Assembly (NCBI GenBank): GCA_963528105.1 | Contig: CAURUY010000004.1 | Location: 6,331-70,330 of the forward strand | DNA: 64,000 nucleotides | Source of the DNA: an uncultured Streptococcus sp. | GTDB lineage: Bacteria; Bacillota; Bacilli; Lactobacillales; Streptococcaceae | Direction: 5' to 3' | Shown: positions 15,034 to 25,328 of the stretch, piece by piece | Position numbering within the stretch: position 1 is the first letter of the stretch | How the letters are laid out: every line of letters begins with the position of its first letter | Notes under the pieces: model-generated | Seen by the model: the letters and a program-made list of their open reading frames with translations, nothing else | What the model was told of the DNA's origin: nothing | Databases searched by the model: none | Position numbers and translations under genes: made by a program

Positions 15034-15483
15034 ATGACAGTAGCAACATTTTTATTGCAAGCTCTAGCAAGTCTGCTTGCCATTATCACTTTTTTAATCG
15101 TTTTAAATGTCCAACGTTCTATGCTTGTCCCTGGTGGAGTTTTAGGAATGTCCATCTGGCTACTCTATCTATTACTCAAGGAGCCAACTAATGTTATTTT
15201 GGCGACCTTTATTGCTGCTGTAATTGGTTCTTGTATCAGTCAGATTATGAGTATTATCTACAAAACACCAGCCGTTGTTTTTGCTTTAGCAATACTGGCA
15301 CCACTAGTACCAGGTTATCTGTCTTATCGAACGACTTCCTTCTTTGTAACAGCTGACTTTAGCCATGCTATTTCTAGTGCCATGCTAGTCATGATGTTAG
15401 CCCTTGTTATTTCCATAGGGATGGCAAGTGGAACAGTTTTATTGAAATTGTATAATCATCTTAGAAAGGGTCGAGCTAGCTAA
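15034..15483 (+). CDS. ThrE-family exporter, small subunit
   Basis: Hydrophobic 149 aa with PLVPG motif; adjacent to ThrE. Confidence 0.8.
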   Translation: MTVATFLLQALASLLAIITFLIVLNVQRSMLVPGGVLGMSIWLLYLLLKEPTNVILATFIAAVIGSCISQIMSIIYKTPAVVFALAILAPLVPGYLSYRTTSFFVTADFSHAISSAMLVMMLALVISIGMASGTVLLKLYNHLRKGRAS

Positions 15484-15656
15484 GACTCGATTTTTTCTTG
15501 GCTCTACATTTTTGAGAGTTAATATAGAAAAATGGGATAAGATTTTAAACACAAACTTGATTTGGGGATTCAAGTCTTTTTTCGCTCATTTGACCTTAAT
15601 TATGATAAAATAGGGTGAGCGAATTTTTACAATGAATGATAAAAATAGAGGTAAAT

Positions 15657-16829
15657 ATGACAATCGGTATTGATAAGATTGGTTTTGCAACCAGTCAATA
15701 CGTTTTGAAATTACAAGATCTAGCAGAAACCCGAGGAATTGATCCTGAAAAATTGAGTAAAGGGCTACTTTTAAAAGAATTGAGTATTGCTCCTTTGACA
15801 GAGGATATTGTGACATTGGCGGCTAGTGCAGGAAATTCCATCCTGACTGAAGAAGATAAGCAAGAGATTGATATGGTTATCGTAGCGACAGAATCTGGAG
15901 TCGATCAGAGTAAAGCAGCTGCGGTTTTTGTACATGGTTTGCTTGGAATTCAACCATTTGCTCGTAGTTTTGAAATCAAGGAAGCTTGCTATGGTGCAAC
16001 TGCGGCACTTCACTATGCTAAGTTACATGTAGAAAATTCTCCCAAATCAAAAGTTTTAGTACTTGCCAGTGATATTGCAAGATATGGGGTCGAAACTCCT
16101 GGGGAACCAACTCAAGGTGCAGGTTGTGTTGCTATGTTGATTAGCCAAAATCCACGTATTATGGTTTTCAATAACGATAACGTTGCGCAAACTCGTGATA
16201 TTATGGATTTTTGGCGTCCAAATTATTCAACGACACCATTCGTAAATGGGGTCTACTCAACGCAACAGTATCTTGATAGCCTAAAAACGACTTGGGTAGA
16301 GTATCAAAAACGTTATGAATGTAGCCTGGATGATTTTGAAGCAGTATGTTTCCATTTACCATATCCCAAGCTGGCTCTCAAAGGATTGAAAAAAATCCTT
16401 GATAAGTCCTTGCCTCAAGAGAAGAAAGATGTGTTGCAAAAACACTTTGATGAGTCTATTATTTACAGCCAAAAGGTTGGGAATATCTATACTGGTTCAC
16501 TCTTCTTAGGTTTACTATCTCTGTTGGAAAACGCAGACAGCCTTAAAGCTGGGGATAAGATTGCTCTCTACAGTTATGGTAGTGGTGCAGTATCCGAGTT
16601 CTTTAGTGTGGAATTAGTTGAAGGTTTTGAAAAGCAGTTGCAGAAAAATCGCCTAGCACTTCTAGATAGACGCCAAGCTTTGAGTGTTGCCGATTATGAA
16701 CGAATGTTCTTTGAAGAAGCGAAATTGGATGATTCAGGTTCTGCAACCATGTCAGGTTATGAGGGACAAGATTTTGCCCTCGTTGAGATTGTAGATCACC
16801 AACGTCGCTACAGCAAGGTTGAAAAATAA
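15657..16829 (+). CDS. mvaS: Hydroxymethylglutaryl-CoA synthase
   Basis: MTIGIDKIGF, ATESG, KEACYG, GEPTQGAG, FHLPY, GNIYTGS. Confidence 0.96.
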   Translation: MTIGIDKIGFATSQYVLKLQDLAETRGIDPEKLSKGLLLKELSIAPLTEDIVTLAASAGNSILTEEDKQEIDMVIVATESGVDQSKAAAVFVHGLLGIQPFARSFEIKEACYGATAALHYAKLHVENSPKSKVLVLASDIARYGVETPGEPTQGAGCVAMLISQNPRIMVFNNDNVAQTRDIMDFWRPNYSTTPFVNGVYSTQQYLDSLKTTWVEYQKRYECSLDDFEAVCFHLPYPKLALKGLKKILDKSLPQEKKDVLQKHFDESIIYSQKVGNIYTGSLFLGLLSLLENADSLKAGDKIALYSYGSGAVSEFFSVELVEGFEKQLQKNRLALLDRRQALSVADYERMFFEEAKLDDSGSATMSGYEGQDFALVEIVDHQRRYSKVEK

Positions 16830-18127
16830 TGAAAAATAATTGGAATGGATTTGCTAAAAAATCCACCGAAGAGCGCCTGGAGCTAGTAAAAGCTCAGGCG
16901 CTTACTTCTCTAGAAGCCCAAAAAAGTCTTGAGCAAAATGAAAATCTTAGTCTAGCAGTCGCGGACCAGCTGAGTGAAAATGTGGTGGGTACCTTCTCCC
17001 TTCCTTACTCAGTAGTTCCAGAAGTTCTGGTAAACGGTCAGGAGTACACAGTCCCTTACGTGACAGAAGAACCCTCTGTTGTTGCTGCAGCTAGTTTTGC
17101 TAATAAAATTATTAAACGATCAGGGGGCTTTACTGCTCAGGTTCACCAACGACAAATGATTGGTCAGGTTGCCCTTTACAATGTTCCAGATGAAGAGCAG
17201 GCTCGTCAAAATATTCTTGATAAAAAAGCAAGTCTCCTTGAAATGGCTAATCGAGCTTATCCCTCTATTGTAAAACGAGGCGGTGGTGCGCGTGATTTAC
17301 ATGTGGAGCAGATTTCTGGAGAAACAGACTTTTTAGTGGTTTATCTTCATGTGGACACCCAGGAAGCCATGGGGGCCAATATGCTCAATACCATGCTTGA
17401 AGCTTTGAAACCTAGCTTAGAAGAGTTAAGCCAAGGACAAAGTTTGATGGGGATTTTGTCAAATTACGCAACGGATTCTCTAGTGACAGCCACTTGTCGC
17501 CTTGGTTTTCGTTATCTGAGTCGTCAAAAGGATGAGGCGCGAGAGTTAGCCCAAAAAATGGTTCTCGCTAGTCAATTTGCTCAGGCTGATCCCTATCGAG
17601 CAGCCACCCATAACAAGGGAATTTTCAATGGGATTGATGCCTTCTTGATTGCGACTGGAAATGATTGGCGAGCTATCGAGGCGGGTGCTCATGCTTATGC
17701 AAGTCGCGATGGTAGCTATCGAGGTCTCAGTCGTTGGACCATAGATTTAGAAACCGAAGAGTTAGTTGGAGAAATGACACTTCCAATGCCAGTTGCAACC
17801 AAGGGCGGCTCTATTGGTCTCAATCCTCGTGTTGTGCTTAGTCATGAATTGCTCGGTTATCCAACTGCTAAAGAATTAGCTCAAATCATAGTATCTATGG
17901 GGTTGGCCCAAAACTTTGCAGCTCTCAAGGCCTTGGTGAGTACAGGGATTCAGTATGGACATATGAAATTACAAGCCAAGTCCTTAGCTCTCTTAGCAGG
18001 AGCCGGAGAAACAGAAGTCTCTGAGCTAGTAGCAAAATTGATTACTGAAAAAATTTTTAATCTAGAAAAAGCACAGGAACTTTTATCTGAAATACGTTCC
18101 TCCACAAAAGAAAACTCAGACAAATAA
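16829..18127 (+). CDS. mvaA: Class II HMG-CoA reductase
   Basis: ENVVG, TEEPSVVAAAS, EAMGAN, THNKGIFNG, GHMKLQ. Confidence 0.96.
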   Translation: MKNNWNGFAKKSTEERLELVKAQALTSLEAQKSLEQNENLSLAVADQLSENVVGTFSLPYSVVPEVLVNGQEYTVPYVTEEPSVVAAASFANKIIKRSGGFTAQVHQRQMIGQVALYNVPDEEQARQNILDKKASLLEMANRAYPSIVKRGGGARDLHVEQISGETDFLVVYLHVDTQEAMGANMLNTMLEALKPSLEELSQGQSLMGILSNYATDSLVTATCRLGFRYLSRQKDEARELAQKMVLASQFAQADPYRAATHNKGIFNGIDAFLIATGNDWRAIEAGAHAYASRDGSYRGLSRWTIDLETEELVGEMTLPMPVATKGGSIGLNPRVVLSHELLGYPTAKELAQIIVSMGLAQNFAALKALVSTGIQYGHMKLQAKSLALLAGAGETEVSELVAKLITEKIFNLEKAQELLSEIRSSTKENSDK

Positions 18128-18141
18128 AGTCTGAGTTTTTT
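18111..18141. terminator. Bidirectional terminator between convergent mvaA and scrR
   Basis: AAAACTCAGAC...GTCTGAGTTTT inverted repeat. Confidence 0.7.
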
Positions 18142-18148
18142 AATGCTA

Positions 18149-19114
18149 TTAAATGCTTTTCCCTGGTAAGAGGGTGACGGGTAAAAAGTAACCAGTTGTT
18201 GCTACTTTTTTGCCCTCAATCTTTTGTAGTAGTAACTCAACGCATAAGAAGGCAATTTCTTCCAGAGGTTGCTTGACAGTTGTTAATTGTGGGTAATAAT
18301 TTTCAATAAAGTAAGTGCCATCATAGCCAATGACCTTGAGTTGATCTGGAACAGAAATTCCAAGCTCTTTTGCGATGTTGATGATTAAAATAGCAGTCAA
18401 ATCATCTGAAGCAAAGATGGCATCTGGCTTTTGCTGAGTAAGGATGTTTTTTATTTCCATTTCCTTCCTTACAGGTGAAAAGTCACTAGAAACATTGATG
18501 ATAGGAGCATCCGGTAAAATTGAAGCAAATCCAGCGTGACGGAGTCCCGTTGGAGAATTGGAGTTGTCATTTCCGGTAATCATGATGATGTCATTAGCTC
18601 CAGTTTTGACTAGAGTCTGGGCTGCCAGGACGCCCCCTCCATAGTTATCGGAAGATACGACAGGAATATCAGGAGAAAGGTTTCGGTCAAAGGAAATGAT
18701 AGGTGCTGTAACTCGGTTGTAGTCTTCGATTCCTAGGTTGTGACTTCCTGAAATAATGCCGTCGACTTGATTGGCTTCTAGCATCTCAATGTATTCTCGC
18801 TCCTTTTCAGAGTCGTGCTCGCTATTACAGATAATCGTTTTATATCCTTTTTTAAAGAGTTCATGCTCGAGTTTATCAATCAATTCCGCATAGAAAACAT
18901 GACGTATATTAGGAAAGATTAAACCGATTAGTTTAGCGGATTTACCTTGAAGACTACGAGCTAGGTTATTGGGTTTATAGCCCAGCTCACGCATAGCATC
19001 ATTGACTTTTTGGATGGTTTTCTCTGAAAGATAGCCCTTTTTATTGATGACGCGTGAGACGGTAGTTGGGCTGACGCCTGCTAATTTTGCGACATCAGTT
19101 AGTTTTGCGACCAT
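18149..19114 (-). CDS. scrR: LacI-family sucrose operon repressor
   Basis: LTDVAKLAGVSPTTVSRVIN HTH; downstream of scrB. Confidence 0.92.
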   Translation of the reverse strand: MVAKLTDVAKLAGVSPTTVSRVINKKGYLSEKTIQKVNDAMRELGYKPNNLARSLQGKSAKLIGLIFPNIRHVFYAELIDKLEHELFKKGYKTIICNSEHDSEKEREYIEMLEANQVDGIISGSHNLGIEDYNRVTAPIISFDRNLSPDIPVVSSDNYGGGVLAAQTLVKTGANDIIMITGNDNSNSPTGLRHAGFASILPDAPIINVSSDFSPVRKEMEIKNILTQQKPDAIFASDDLTAILIINIAKELGISVPDQLKVIGYDGTYFIENYYPQLTTVKQPLEEIAFLCVELLLQKIEGKKVATTGYFLPVTLLPGKSI

Positions 19115-20549
19115 AATCTAATTCATAGTAAGTTCCAGTTGGATTTCCAGACTTAATCAAAATTCCATTTTGATCTTCATGAGGGAAGACACGACCAGAA
19201 AATACTTTTTCTCCTTTATTGATGAAAATTTCAAAGACAGAGTTGTCGATGAAGATAGTTACAGTAGTAGCTTGGTTGTCAATTGAACATGAGCGAGTCG
19301 TTCCAAATTCTTGAGCATATTGCTCACCTGCTTGACTGCGGTCAACGATCACTTGACCATTGACAAGGTCAAAGTTGATAGAAAGTCCCTTGCCCTCCTT
19401 ATCAGCAAGTAGAACAATTTCACTTTGACTATTAGTTTCTAGGTTAAGCTCAAGTTCGTAGGTGTTTTTGGTTTCAGAACGATTTGAAAATTCTTCTTCT
19501 GAAGCACGGAGTTCTTTGATAGCAGCTACAGGATACTGATAGAGTTTGCCATCCTTGATTGTAAGTTCTTTTACCAATGAGAAAGTTCCCTGATGATCGA
19601 AACGATCAGATGGGTAAGAAACATCTGGCAAACCAAGCCAACTTACTGCTAAGGCACGTCCATCAGGAGCGTTGAAGGCTTGAGTAGCGTAGGCTTCAAA
19701 CCCATAATCGAGGTTGTGTAGTTCAGATACATTTACCATACGAGCATTTTCTGGATCAAAGGAAGCACCAATTTTATACATATTTGGATAGATATTATCA
19801 TAGTCAAGAACCTTTTTATCTAAACCTTGTGGACAGTAGAGAAGGACAGGCTGTTCTCCGATAAAGACAAGATTTGGGCACTCCATCATGTAAGCAGTGC
19901 GGTCATTGTTAAAGTCAAGGTCACCAACTTCTTGCCAGTTTGTATAATCATTATTGACAGCCTTGTAGAGACGGACAAAACCTTTCTTTTCCAAGTCCTG
20001 ACCGCCGATGATTGCGTAGTATTGACCTTTGAAGTTAAAAATTTGTGGATCGCGGAAGTGGTCAGTAGCATCAGCAGGTTGGTCAATCAAGACTTTGTCA
20101 ATCTTTTCAATCTTACCGTCTTTATCCATCAAGGCACCAATCTGATAAGGGTGGCGAACCCAATTTTTATCACGGACATTACCTGTATAAAATAAGAACA
20201 ATTGATCCCCAAACTGCATAGCAGATCCTGAGTAAGCACCATGACTATCAAGATATGTATCAGGCAGAAGTTTGATTCCAGTTTCCTTAAAGTGAACCAG
20301 ATCAATACTTTCAAGTTGTACCCAAGATTTCAAACCATGGGCTGCACCAAAGGGGAAGTTTTGATAAAACAGAATCCACTTACCATTAAAAAAAGAAAAG
20401 CCATTTGGATCGTTAAGAAGTCCTTCTTTGGGTTCAATATGATAGATGACATGCCATGGGGATAGTGCTATATTTTCTTGGATTTTTTTTCTTTCTTCTT
20501 GTGTCCAATCTTCATAGCGCCTATAACGACGTTCAGTTGTCCATTCCAT
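19095..20549 (-). CDS. scrB: Sucrose-6-phosphate hydrolase (GH32)
   Basis: LNDPNG, YSGSA, FRDP and MECP motifs. Confidence 0.95.
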   Translation of the reverse strand: MEWTTERRYRRYEDWTQEERKKIQENIALSPWHVIYHIEPKEGLLNDPNGFSFFNGKWILFYQNFPFGAAHGLKSWVQLESIDLVHFKETGIKLLPDTYLDSHGAYSGSAMQFGDQLFLFYTGNVRDKNWVRHPYQIGALMDKDGKIEKIDKVLIDQPADATDHFRDPQIFNFKGQYYAIIGGQDLEKKGFVRLYKAVNNDYTNWQEVGDLDFNNDRTAYMMECPNLVFIGEQPVLLYCPQGLDKKVLDYDNIYPNMYKIGASFDPENARMVNVSELHNLDYGFEAYATQAFNAPDGRALAVSWLGLPDVSYPSDRFDHQGTFSLVKELTIKDGKLYQYPVAAIKELRASEEEFSNRSETKNTYELELNLETNSQSEIVLLADKEGKGLSINFDLVNGQVIVDRSQAGEQYAQEFGTTRSCSIDNQATTVTIFIDNSVFEIFINKGEKVFSGRVFPHEDQNGILIKSGNPTGTYYELDYGRKTN

Positions 20550-20586
20550 TTAAAGTACCCTCCAAAAAAGTTTGTTCATTATTAAT

Positions 20587-20868
20587 AGTAAACGTTTTCT
20601 GGTAAAAAAGCAAGTCTTTTGTGTTAAAAATAAGAAAAAACTGATAAACGAATGACATACAAAAAACAAGTTGATTTTGACTGTAATAATCAAAATAGAA
20701 AAAGAAAACGCTTAATAACACGGAAATATAGACTTTTTTAAAAACTCTTATTCTTTTTATAAAAAACATAAGGTAAAATTAAAATAAAAAATATTTTTTC
20801 TGCAAAACGCTTGACATATTTTTGAATCGTGATAAAATAATACTCGTAGGGCGAATAAATCGCTTTCA
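20587..20868. promoter_or_regulatory. Divergent scrB/scrA control region with cre-like and LacI(ScrR)-like operators and the scrA promoter
   Basis: cre-like AGTAAACGTTTTCT (20587-20600) and ATAAATCGCTTTCA (20855-20868); LacI-type TGATAAACGAATGACA (20642-20657) and TGCAAAACGCTTGACA (20801-20816), the latter overlapping -35 TTGACA; TGaTAAAAT -10 at 20830-20838. Confidence 0.55.
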
Positions 20869-20905
20869 AACAAGAACAAATTTTTTTATAAGGAGATTTT
20901 TGCAA

Positions 20906-22801
20906 ATGACTAATACAGAAATTGCAAAAAAAGTCATCGAAGCCTTGGGTGGGCGTGAGAACGTTAACAGTGTGGCTCACTGTGCGACTCGCCTTCGTGT
21001 TATGGTCAAAGATGAAGGGAAAATTAATAAGGACGCTATCGAGAATTTGGAAAAAGTTCAAGGTGCTTTCTTTAACTCAGGTCAATACCAAATCATCTTT
21101 GGTACGGGTACAGTAAACAAGATGTACGATGAAGTCGTAGCTCTTGGATTGCCAACTTCTACAAAAGCTGAGATGAAGGCAGAAGCTGCTAAACAAGGGA
21201 ATTGGTTCCAACGTGCTATCCGTACTTTCGGTGACGTATTTGTACCAATTATTCCAGTTATCGTAGCAACGGGTCTCTTCATGGGTGTTCGTGGTCTCTT
21301 GAACGCTCTTGGAATGACGCTTCCAGAGGATGTAACAATTTATACTCAAATCTTGACTGACACAGCCTTTATCATCTTGCCAGGTTTGGTTGTTTGGTCA
21401 ACCTTCCGTGTATTTGGTGGTAATCCAGCCGTTGGTATTGTTCTTGGTATGATGCTCGTTTCTGGTTCGCTTCCAAATGCCTGGGCTGTTGCTTCTGGTG
21501 GTGAAGTGACTGCCATGAACTTCTTCGGATTTATCCCAGTTGTTGGTTTGCAAGGATCAGTTCTTCCAGCCTTCATTATCGGGGTTGTCGGAGCTAAATT
21601 TGAAAAAGCTGTTCGTAAGGTTGTTCCAGATGTACTTGACCTCTTGGTAACACCGTTCGTAACACTCCTTGTAATGTCAATTCTTGGATTGTTTGTTATC
21701 GGACCAGTCTTCCACGTTGTTGAAAACTACATCCTTATCGGAACAAAAGCTATTCTTAACTTGCCATTTGGACTTGGTGGTTTCTTGATTGGTGGAGTTC
21801 ACCAATTAATCGTCGTATCAGGTGTTCACCACATCTTCAACTTGCTTGAAGTCCAATTGCTTGCTGCTGACCATGCTAATCCATTCAACGCTATCATTAC
21901 TGCAGCTATGACTGCTCAAGGTGCTGCTACTGTTGCCGTTGGTGTGAAAACTAAAAATCCAAAACTTAAAACTCTTGCTTTCCCAGCTGCTCTATCTGCC
22001 TTCCTTGGTATTACTGAGCCTGCTATCTTTGGGGTTAACTTACGTTACCGTAAACCATTCTTCCTTTCATTGATTGCTGGTGCAATCGGTGGTGGACTTG
22101 CTTCAATCCTTGGACTCGCTGGTACTGGTAATGGTATCACAATCATCCCTGGTACAATGCTTTACATTGGTAACGGACAACTTGCACAATACCTTCTAAT
22201 GGTAGCTGTATCATTTTCACTTGGTTTTGCACTTACTTACATGTTTGGTTACGAAGATGAAGTAGAAGAAGTTTCAGGAGCAATTTCTGAAGCTGAAACT
22301 GACCGTTTAACAGAAGAAGCAGTGACTGGTACTGTTGTTGCACCTAGCGAAGGTATCATCCAAACACCAATCGTTGGTGATGTAGTTGCCCTTTCAGATG
22401 TCAATGACCCAGTATTCTCAAGCGGAGCTATGGGACAAGGAATCGCCGTGAAACCTAGTCAAGATGTTGTTTATGCACCAGCTGATGCTGAAGTAACAAT
22501 CGTCTTCCCAACTGGCCATGCTTATGGTTTGAGAACATCTAACGGTGCTGAAATCTTGATTCACGTTGGTATCGACACTGTTTCAATGAACGGTGAAGGC
22601 TTCAACCATAAAGTTGCTCAAGGTGACAAGGTTAAAGCTGGAGATGTTCTTGGAACATTTGACTCTGCTAAGATTGCTGCTGCAGGTCTTGATAACACAA
22701 CAATGGTTATCGTGACGAACACTGCTGACTTTGCTTCAGTAAATCCAGTTGCTTCTGGATCAGTTGCTAAGGGAGATGCAATCATCGAAGTTAAAGCTTA
22801 A
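20906..22801 (+). CDS. scrA: PTS sucrose-specific EIIBCA
   Basis: HCATRLR EIIB, GITEPAIFG EIIC, LIHVGIDTV EIIA; start at ATG 20906 after AGGAG. Confidence 0.95.
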   Translation: MTNTEIAKKVIEALGGRENVNSVAHCATRLRVMVKDEGKINKDAIENLEKVQGAFFNSGQYQIIFGTGTVNKMYDEVVALGLPTSTKAEMKAEAAKQGNWFQRAIRTFGDVFVPIIPVIVATGLFMGVRGLLNALGMTLPEDVTIYTQILTDTAFIILPGLVVWSTFRVFGGNPAVGIVLGMMLVSGSLPNAWAVASGGEVTAMNFFGFIPVVGLQGSVLPAFIIGVVGAKFEKAVRKVVPDVLDLLVTPFVTLLVMSILGLFVIGPVFHVVENYILIGTKAILNLPFGLGGFLIGGVHQLIVVSGVHHIFNLLEVQLLAADHANPFNAIITAAMTAQGAATVAVGVKTKNPKLKTLAFPAALSAFLGITEPAIFGVNLRYRKPFFLSLIAGAIGGGLASILGLAGTGNGITIIPGTMLYIGNGQLAQYLLMVAVSFSLGFALTYMFGYEDEVEEVSGAISEAETDRLTEEAVTGTVVAPSEGIIQTPIVGDVVALSDVNDPVFSSGAMGQGIAVKPSQDVVYAPADAEVTIVFPTGHAYGLRTSNGAEILIHVGIDTVSMNGEGFNHKVAQGDKVKAGDVLGTFDSAKIAAAGLDNTTMVIVTNTADFASVNPVASGSVAKGDAIIEVKA

Positions 22802-22810
22802 TAGATTCAT

Positions 22811-22843
22811 AAAAACGAACGAATGTCATGTTTGTTCGTTTTT
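22811..22843 (+). terminator. Terminator after scrA
   Basis: AAAAACGAAC...GTTCGTTTTT inverted repeat. Confidence 0.6.
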
Positions 22844-22939
22844 CTTGAATGGAAAGTTTACAGAGGAAAATCTAAAAAATAGAGTAACTTTTATTCTGGG
22901 AAAATGCTATAATAGAAAAATAAATACAAGAGGTTTGTC

Positions 22940-23827
22940 ATGACAAAATTATATGGAAGCTTGGAAGCAGGCGGTACGAAATTTGTCTGTGCTGTCGGTG
23001 ATGAAAACTTTAACGTTGTAGAAAAAGTACAATTTCCAACAACAACTCCTATCGAGACAATCGATAAAACCATCGAATTCTTTTCAAAATTCGATAATCT
23101 TGCAGGACTTGCCATTGGTTCATTTGGTCCTATAGATATCGATAAAAACTCTAAAACTTATGGTTTTATCACAACAACTCCAAAACCTCACTGGGCAAAT
23201 GTTGACTTGCTTGGTGCCCTTCGTCGCGCTTTAAATGTACCAATGTACTTCACAACAGACGTAAATAGCTCTGCCTACGGTGAAGTGGTTGCTCGTAATA
23301 ATGCTGGTAGTCGTATCGAAAACTTGGTTTATTACACAATCGGTACAGGTATCGGTGCTGGGGTTATCCAGCGTGGAGAATTTATTGGTGGTGTTGGTCA
23401 CCCTGAGATGGGGCACTACTATGTGGCAAAACACCCAATGGATGTTGAAAAAGAATTTAACGGTATATGTCCTTTCCATAAAGGTTGTTTGGAAGGGCTT
23501 GCAGCTGGCCCAAGCTTGGAATCTCGCACAGGAACTCGTGGTGAAAACATTGAACTGAATAGTTCTGTTTGGGATGTTCAAGCTTACTATATTGCTCAAG
23601 CTGCAGTAAACGCAACTGTAACTTTCCGTCCAGACGTTATCGTATTTGGTGGTGGGGTTATGGCTCAACAACACATGCTTGACCGTGTCCGTGAGAAATT
23701 CACATCCTTGCTCAATGGTTACCTACCAGTTCCAGATGTACGTGACTATATCGTAACACCAGCTGTTGCAGGTAATGGTTCAGCTACACTTGGGAACTTT
23801 GTTCTTGCTAAGAATGTTGCAAAATAA
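22940..23827 (+). CDS. scrK: Fructokinase (ROK family)
   Basis: EAGGTKF, GTGIGAG, HPEMGH, CPFHKGCLEG. Confidence 0.93.
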   Translation: MTKLYGSLEAGGTKFVCAVGDENFNVVEKVQFPTTTPIETIDKTIEFFSKFDNLAGLAIGSFGPIDIDKNSKTYGFITTTPKPHWANVDLLGALRRALNVPMYFTTDVNSSAYGEVVARNNAGSRIENLVYYTIGTGIGAGVIQRGEFIGGVGHPEMGHYYVAKHPMDVEKEFNGICPFHKGCLEGLAAGPSLESRTGTRGENIELNSSVWDVQAYYIAQAAVNATVTFRPDVIVFGGGVMAQQHMLDRVREKFTSLLNGYLPVPDVRDYIVTPAVAGNGSATLGNFVLAKNVAK

Positions 23828-23867
23828 GTATAAAAAAGGAGGTCGGGATTTATCCCGTCCTCTTTCT

Positions 23868-25058
23868 TTAGTCTTTTTCTATTTTGGCTTCCTGATGGAA
23901 TATATTTTGCCAAGTTTCGTGGCGGCGCCAGATACTGGTATGGATAGTATCACCAATCTGATAGCGGATGAGTTTTGTCTTCTGACTTATGGATGTTAGG
24001 TGAAGTTCCTTGATAGCGGAGGTTAACTCTTTTTCTGCTTTATAGGCTTCCTTGTCCAGTTCTTGCCCGTCTTGGCGGATATAAATGAAGTCTTCAGTCA
24101 ATAACTCTTCCAGTTGATTTCCTTGGTCGATTAGTTGCTCTCTCATGAGCAATTTTTTATAGACATTATCTAGAATTTCATCCTCAGGGATTGGTGCTGG
24201 TTCGATATGAATGTCTGTATCAAAGACACCAAAGCGTTCCGTCAGCATGGATTCTACCTGATCTGCAATTTCGTGGCTTTCAAAAACGGAGAGATCCGGA
24301 TTCATCTCAAGAGTAATGTCTAGGTAAATATTACTTCCATAAGTACGACCCCGTTGTGATTTGACCTTACTAATCTTAGGAATTTCCATGATAGCCTTTT
24401 GGTAATCTTCGAGCAAATGCTCATCAAAACCATCTGAAAGACTGAAGGAAGACTCAATAAAGATATCATAGGCAGTCTTGAGAATAAAGAAGGTAATGAC
24501 GATGGCAACCAACTTATCCACGAGAGGGAAGTTAAAACTGCTGGCTAGGATGGCGATGGTGGTTCCAAGTGAAGTGACCGCATCTGATAGATTGTCCTTG
24601 GCAGCAGCTTTCAGCGCCTTAGATTTGGATTGCTTACTGAGGTGAGTGTTGTAGAGATAGACTCCAAACATAATCACTGCAGAGATCACTCCTAGAATCG
24701 CTCCAAGTGGGTCAATCACAGTTTCTTCGCGACTAATAATCTTTTGAATCGTATCTCGCAAGACATCAAAACCAACATAGAACATGATGATAGAGGTGAT
24801 AAGACTTGCTAAGTCTTCGATTTTCCAGTGACCGAAACGATGATCTCTATCTGCCGGTTGGCGGGCCAAACGAATCCCGATTAGGAGGGCCACGTTTCCA
24901 ACAATATCTGAAACGTTGTTAAAACCATCAGCTACCAAACTGGATGAATGGAGGAGGTGTCCGGTTGCTAGCTTAGCTGCAGACAAGAATAGATAGGTCA
25001 AAATGCTGATAATGGCACCACGCTCAGCTAATTTCAAGTTTGAAACCGATTGATTCAT
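23868..25058 (-). CDS. mntE: Cation diffusion facilitator, Mn exporter MntE
   Basis: CDF motifs (ADGFNNVSD, DHRFGHWKIE, DNLSD); divergent from mgtA as in pneumococcus. Confidence 0.85.
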   Translation of the reverse strand: MNQSVSNLKLAERGAIISILTYLFLSAAKLATGHLLHSSSLVADGFNNVSDIVGNVALLIGIRLARQPADRDHRFGHWKIEDLASLITSIIMFYVGFDVLRDTIQKIISREETVIDPLGAILGVISAVIMFGVYLYNTHLSKQSKSKALKAAAKDNLSDAVTSLGTTIAILASSFNFPLVDKLVAIVITFFILKTAYDIFIESSFSLSDGFDEHLLEDYQKAIMEIPKISKVKSQRGRTYGSNIYLDITLEMNPDLSVFESHEIADQVESMLTERFGVFDTDIHIEPAPIPEDEILDNVYKKLLMREQLIDQGNQLEELLTEDFIYIRQDGQELDKEAYKAEKELTSAIKELHLTSISQKTKLIRYQIGDTIHTSIWRRHETWQNIFHQEAKIEKD

Positions 25059-25152
25059 CTAACTCCCTTTCTAACATTTTAGTATTCTTTCATTATACTG
25101 GTTTTCTAAGGAAAATTCAAATGTGGGAAGTAAGTTAAACACACCTCAACCC

Positions 25153-25180
25153 TTGAAAACTTTTGAATTTCTGATATAAT
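25153..25180 (+). promoter_or_regulatory. Sigma-A promoter for riboswitch-mgtA
   Basis: TTGAAA (25153-25158) and extended -10 TGaTATAAT (25172-25180). Confidence 0.7.
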
Positions 25181-25187
25181 AGAACTA

Positions 25188-25297
25188 CTCAAGGGAGTAG
25201 CTGGCAGAAACCTGTGATAGTGTCGTCATTACGAAATCATTTCCGGCACTATATTAAACAGCGAGACTTGTTTTTTTAAAAACAGGTCTCTTTTTTT
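25188..25297 (+). ncRNA. yybP-ykoY (Mn2+-sensing) riboswitch with terminator
   Basis: AAGGGAGTAGC...GTCGTCATTACG...CCGGC...CAGCGAGAC hallmark segments; GAGACTTG/CAGGTCTC terminator plus T7; upstream of a P-type ATPase. Confidence 0.88.
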
Positions 25298-25328
25298 GTA
25301 AAAAGAGGCCAAAAAGGAGGAGACTGTT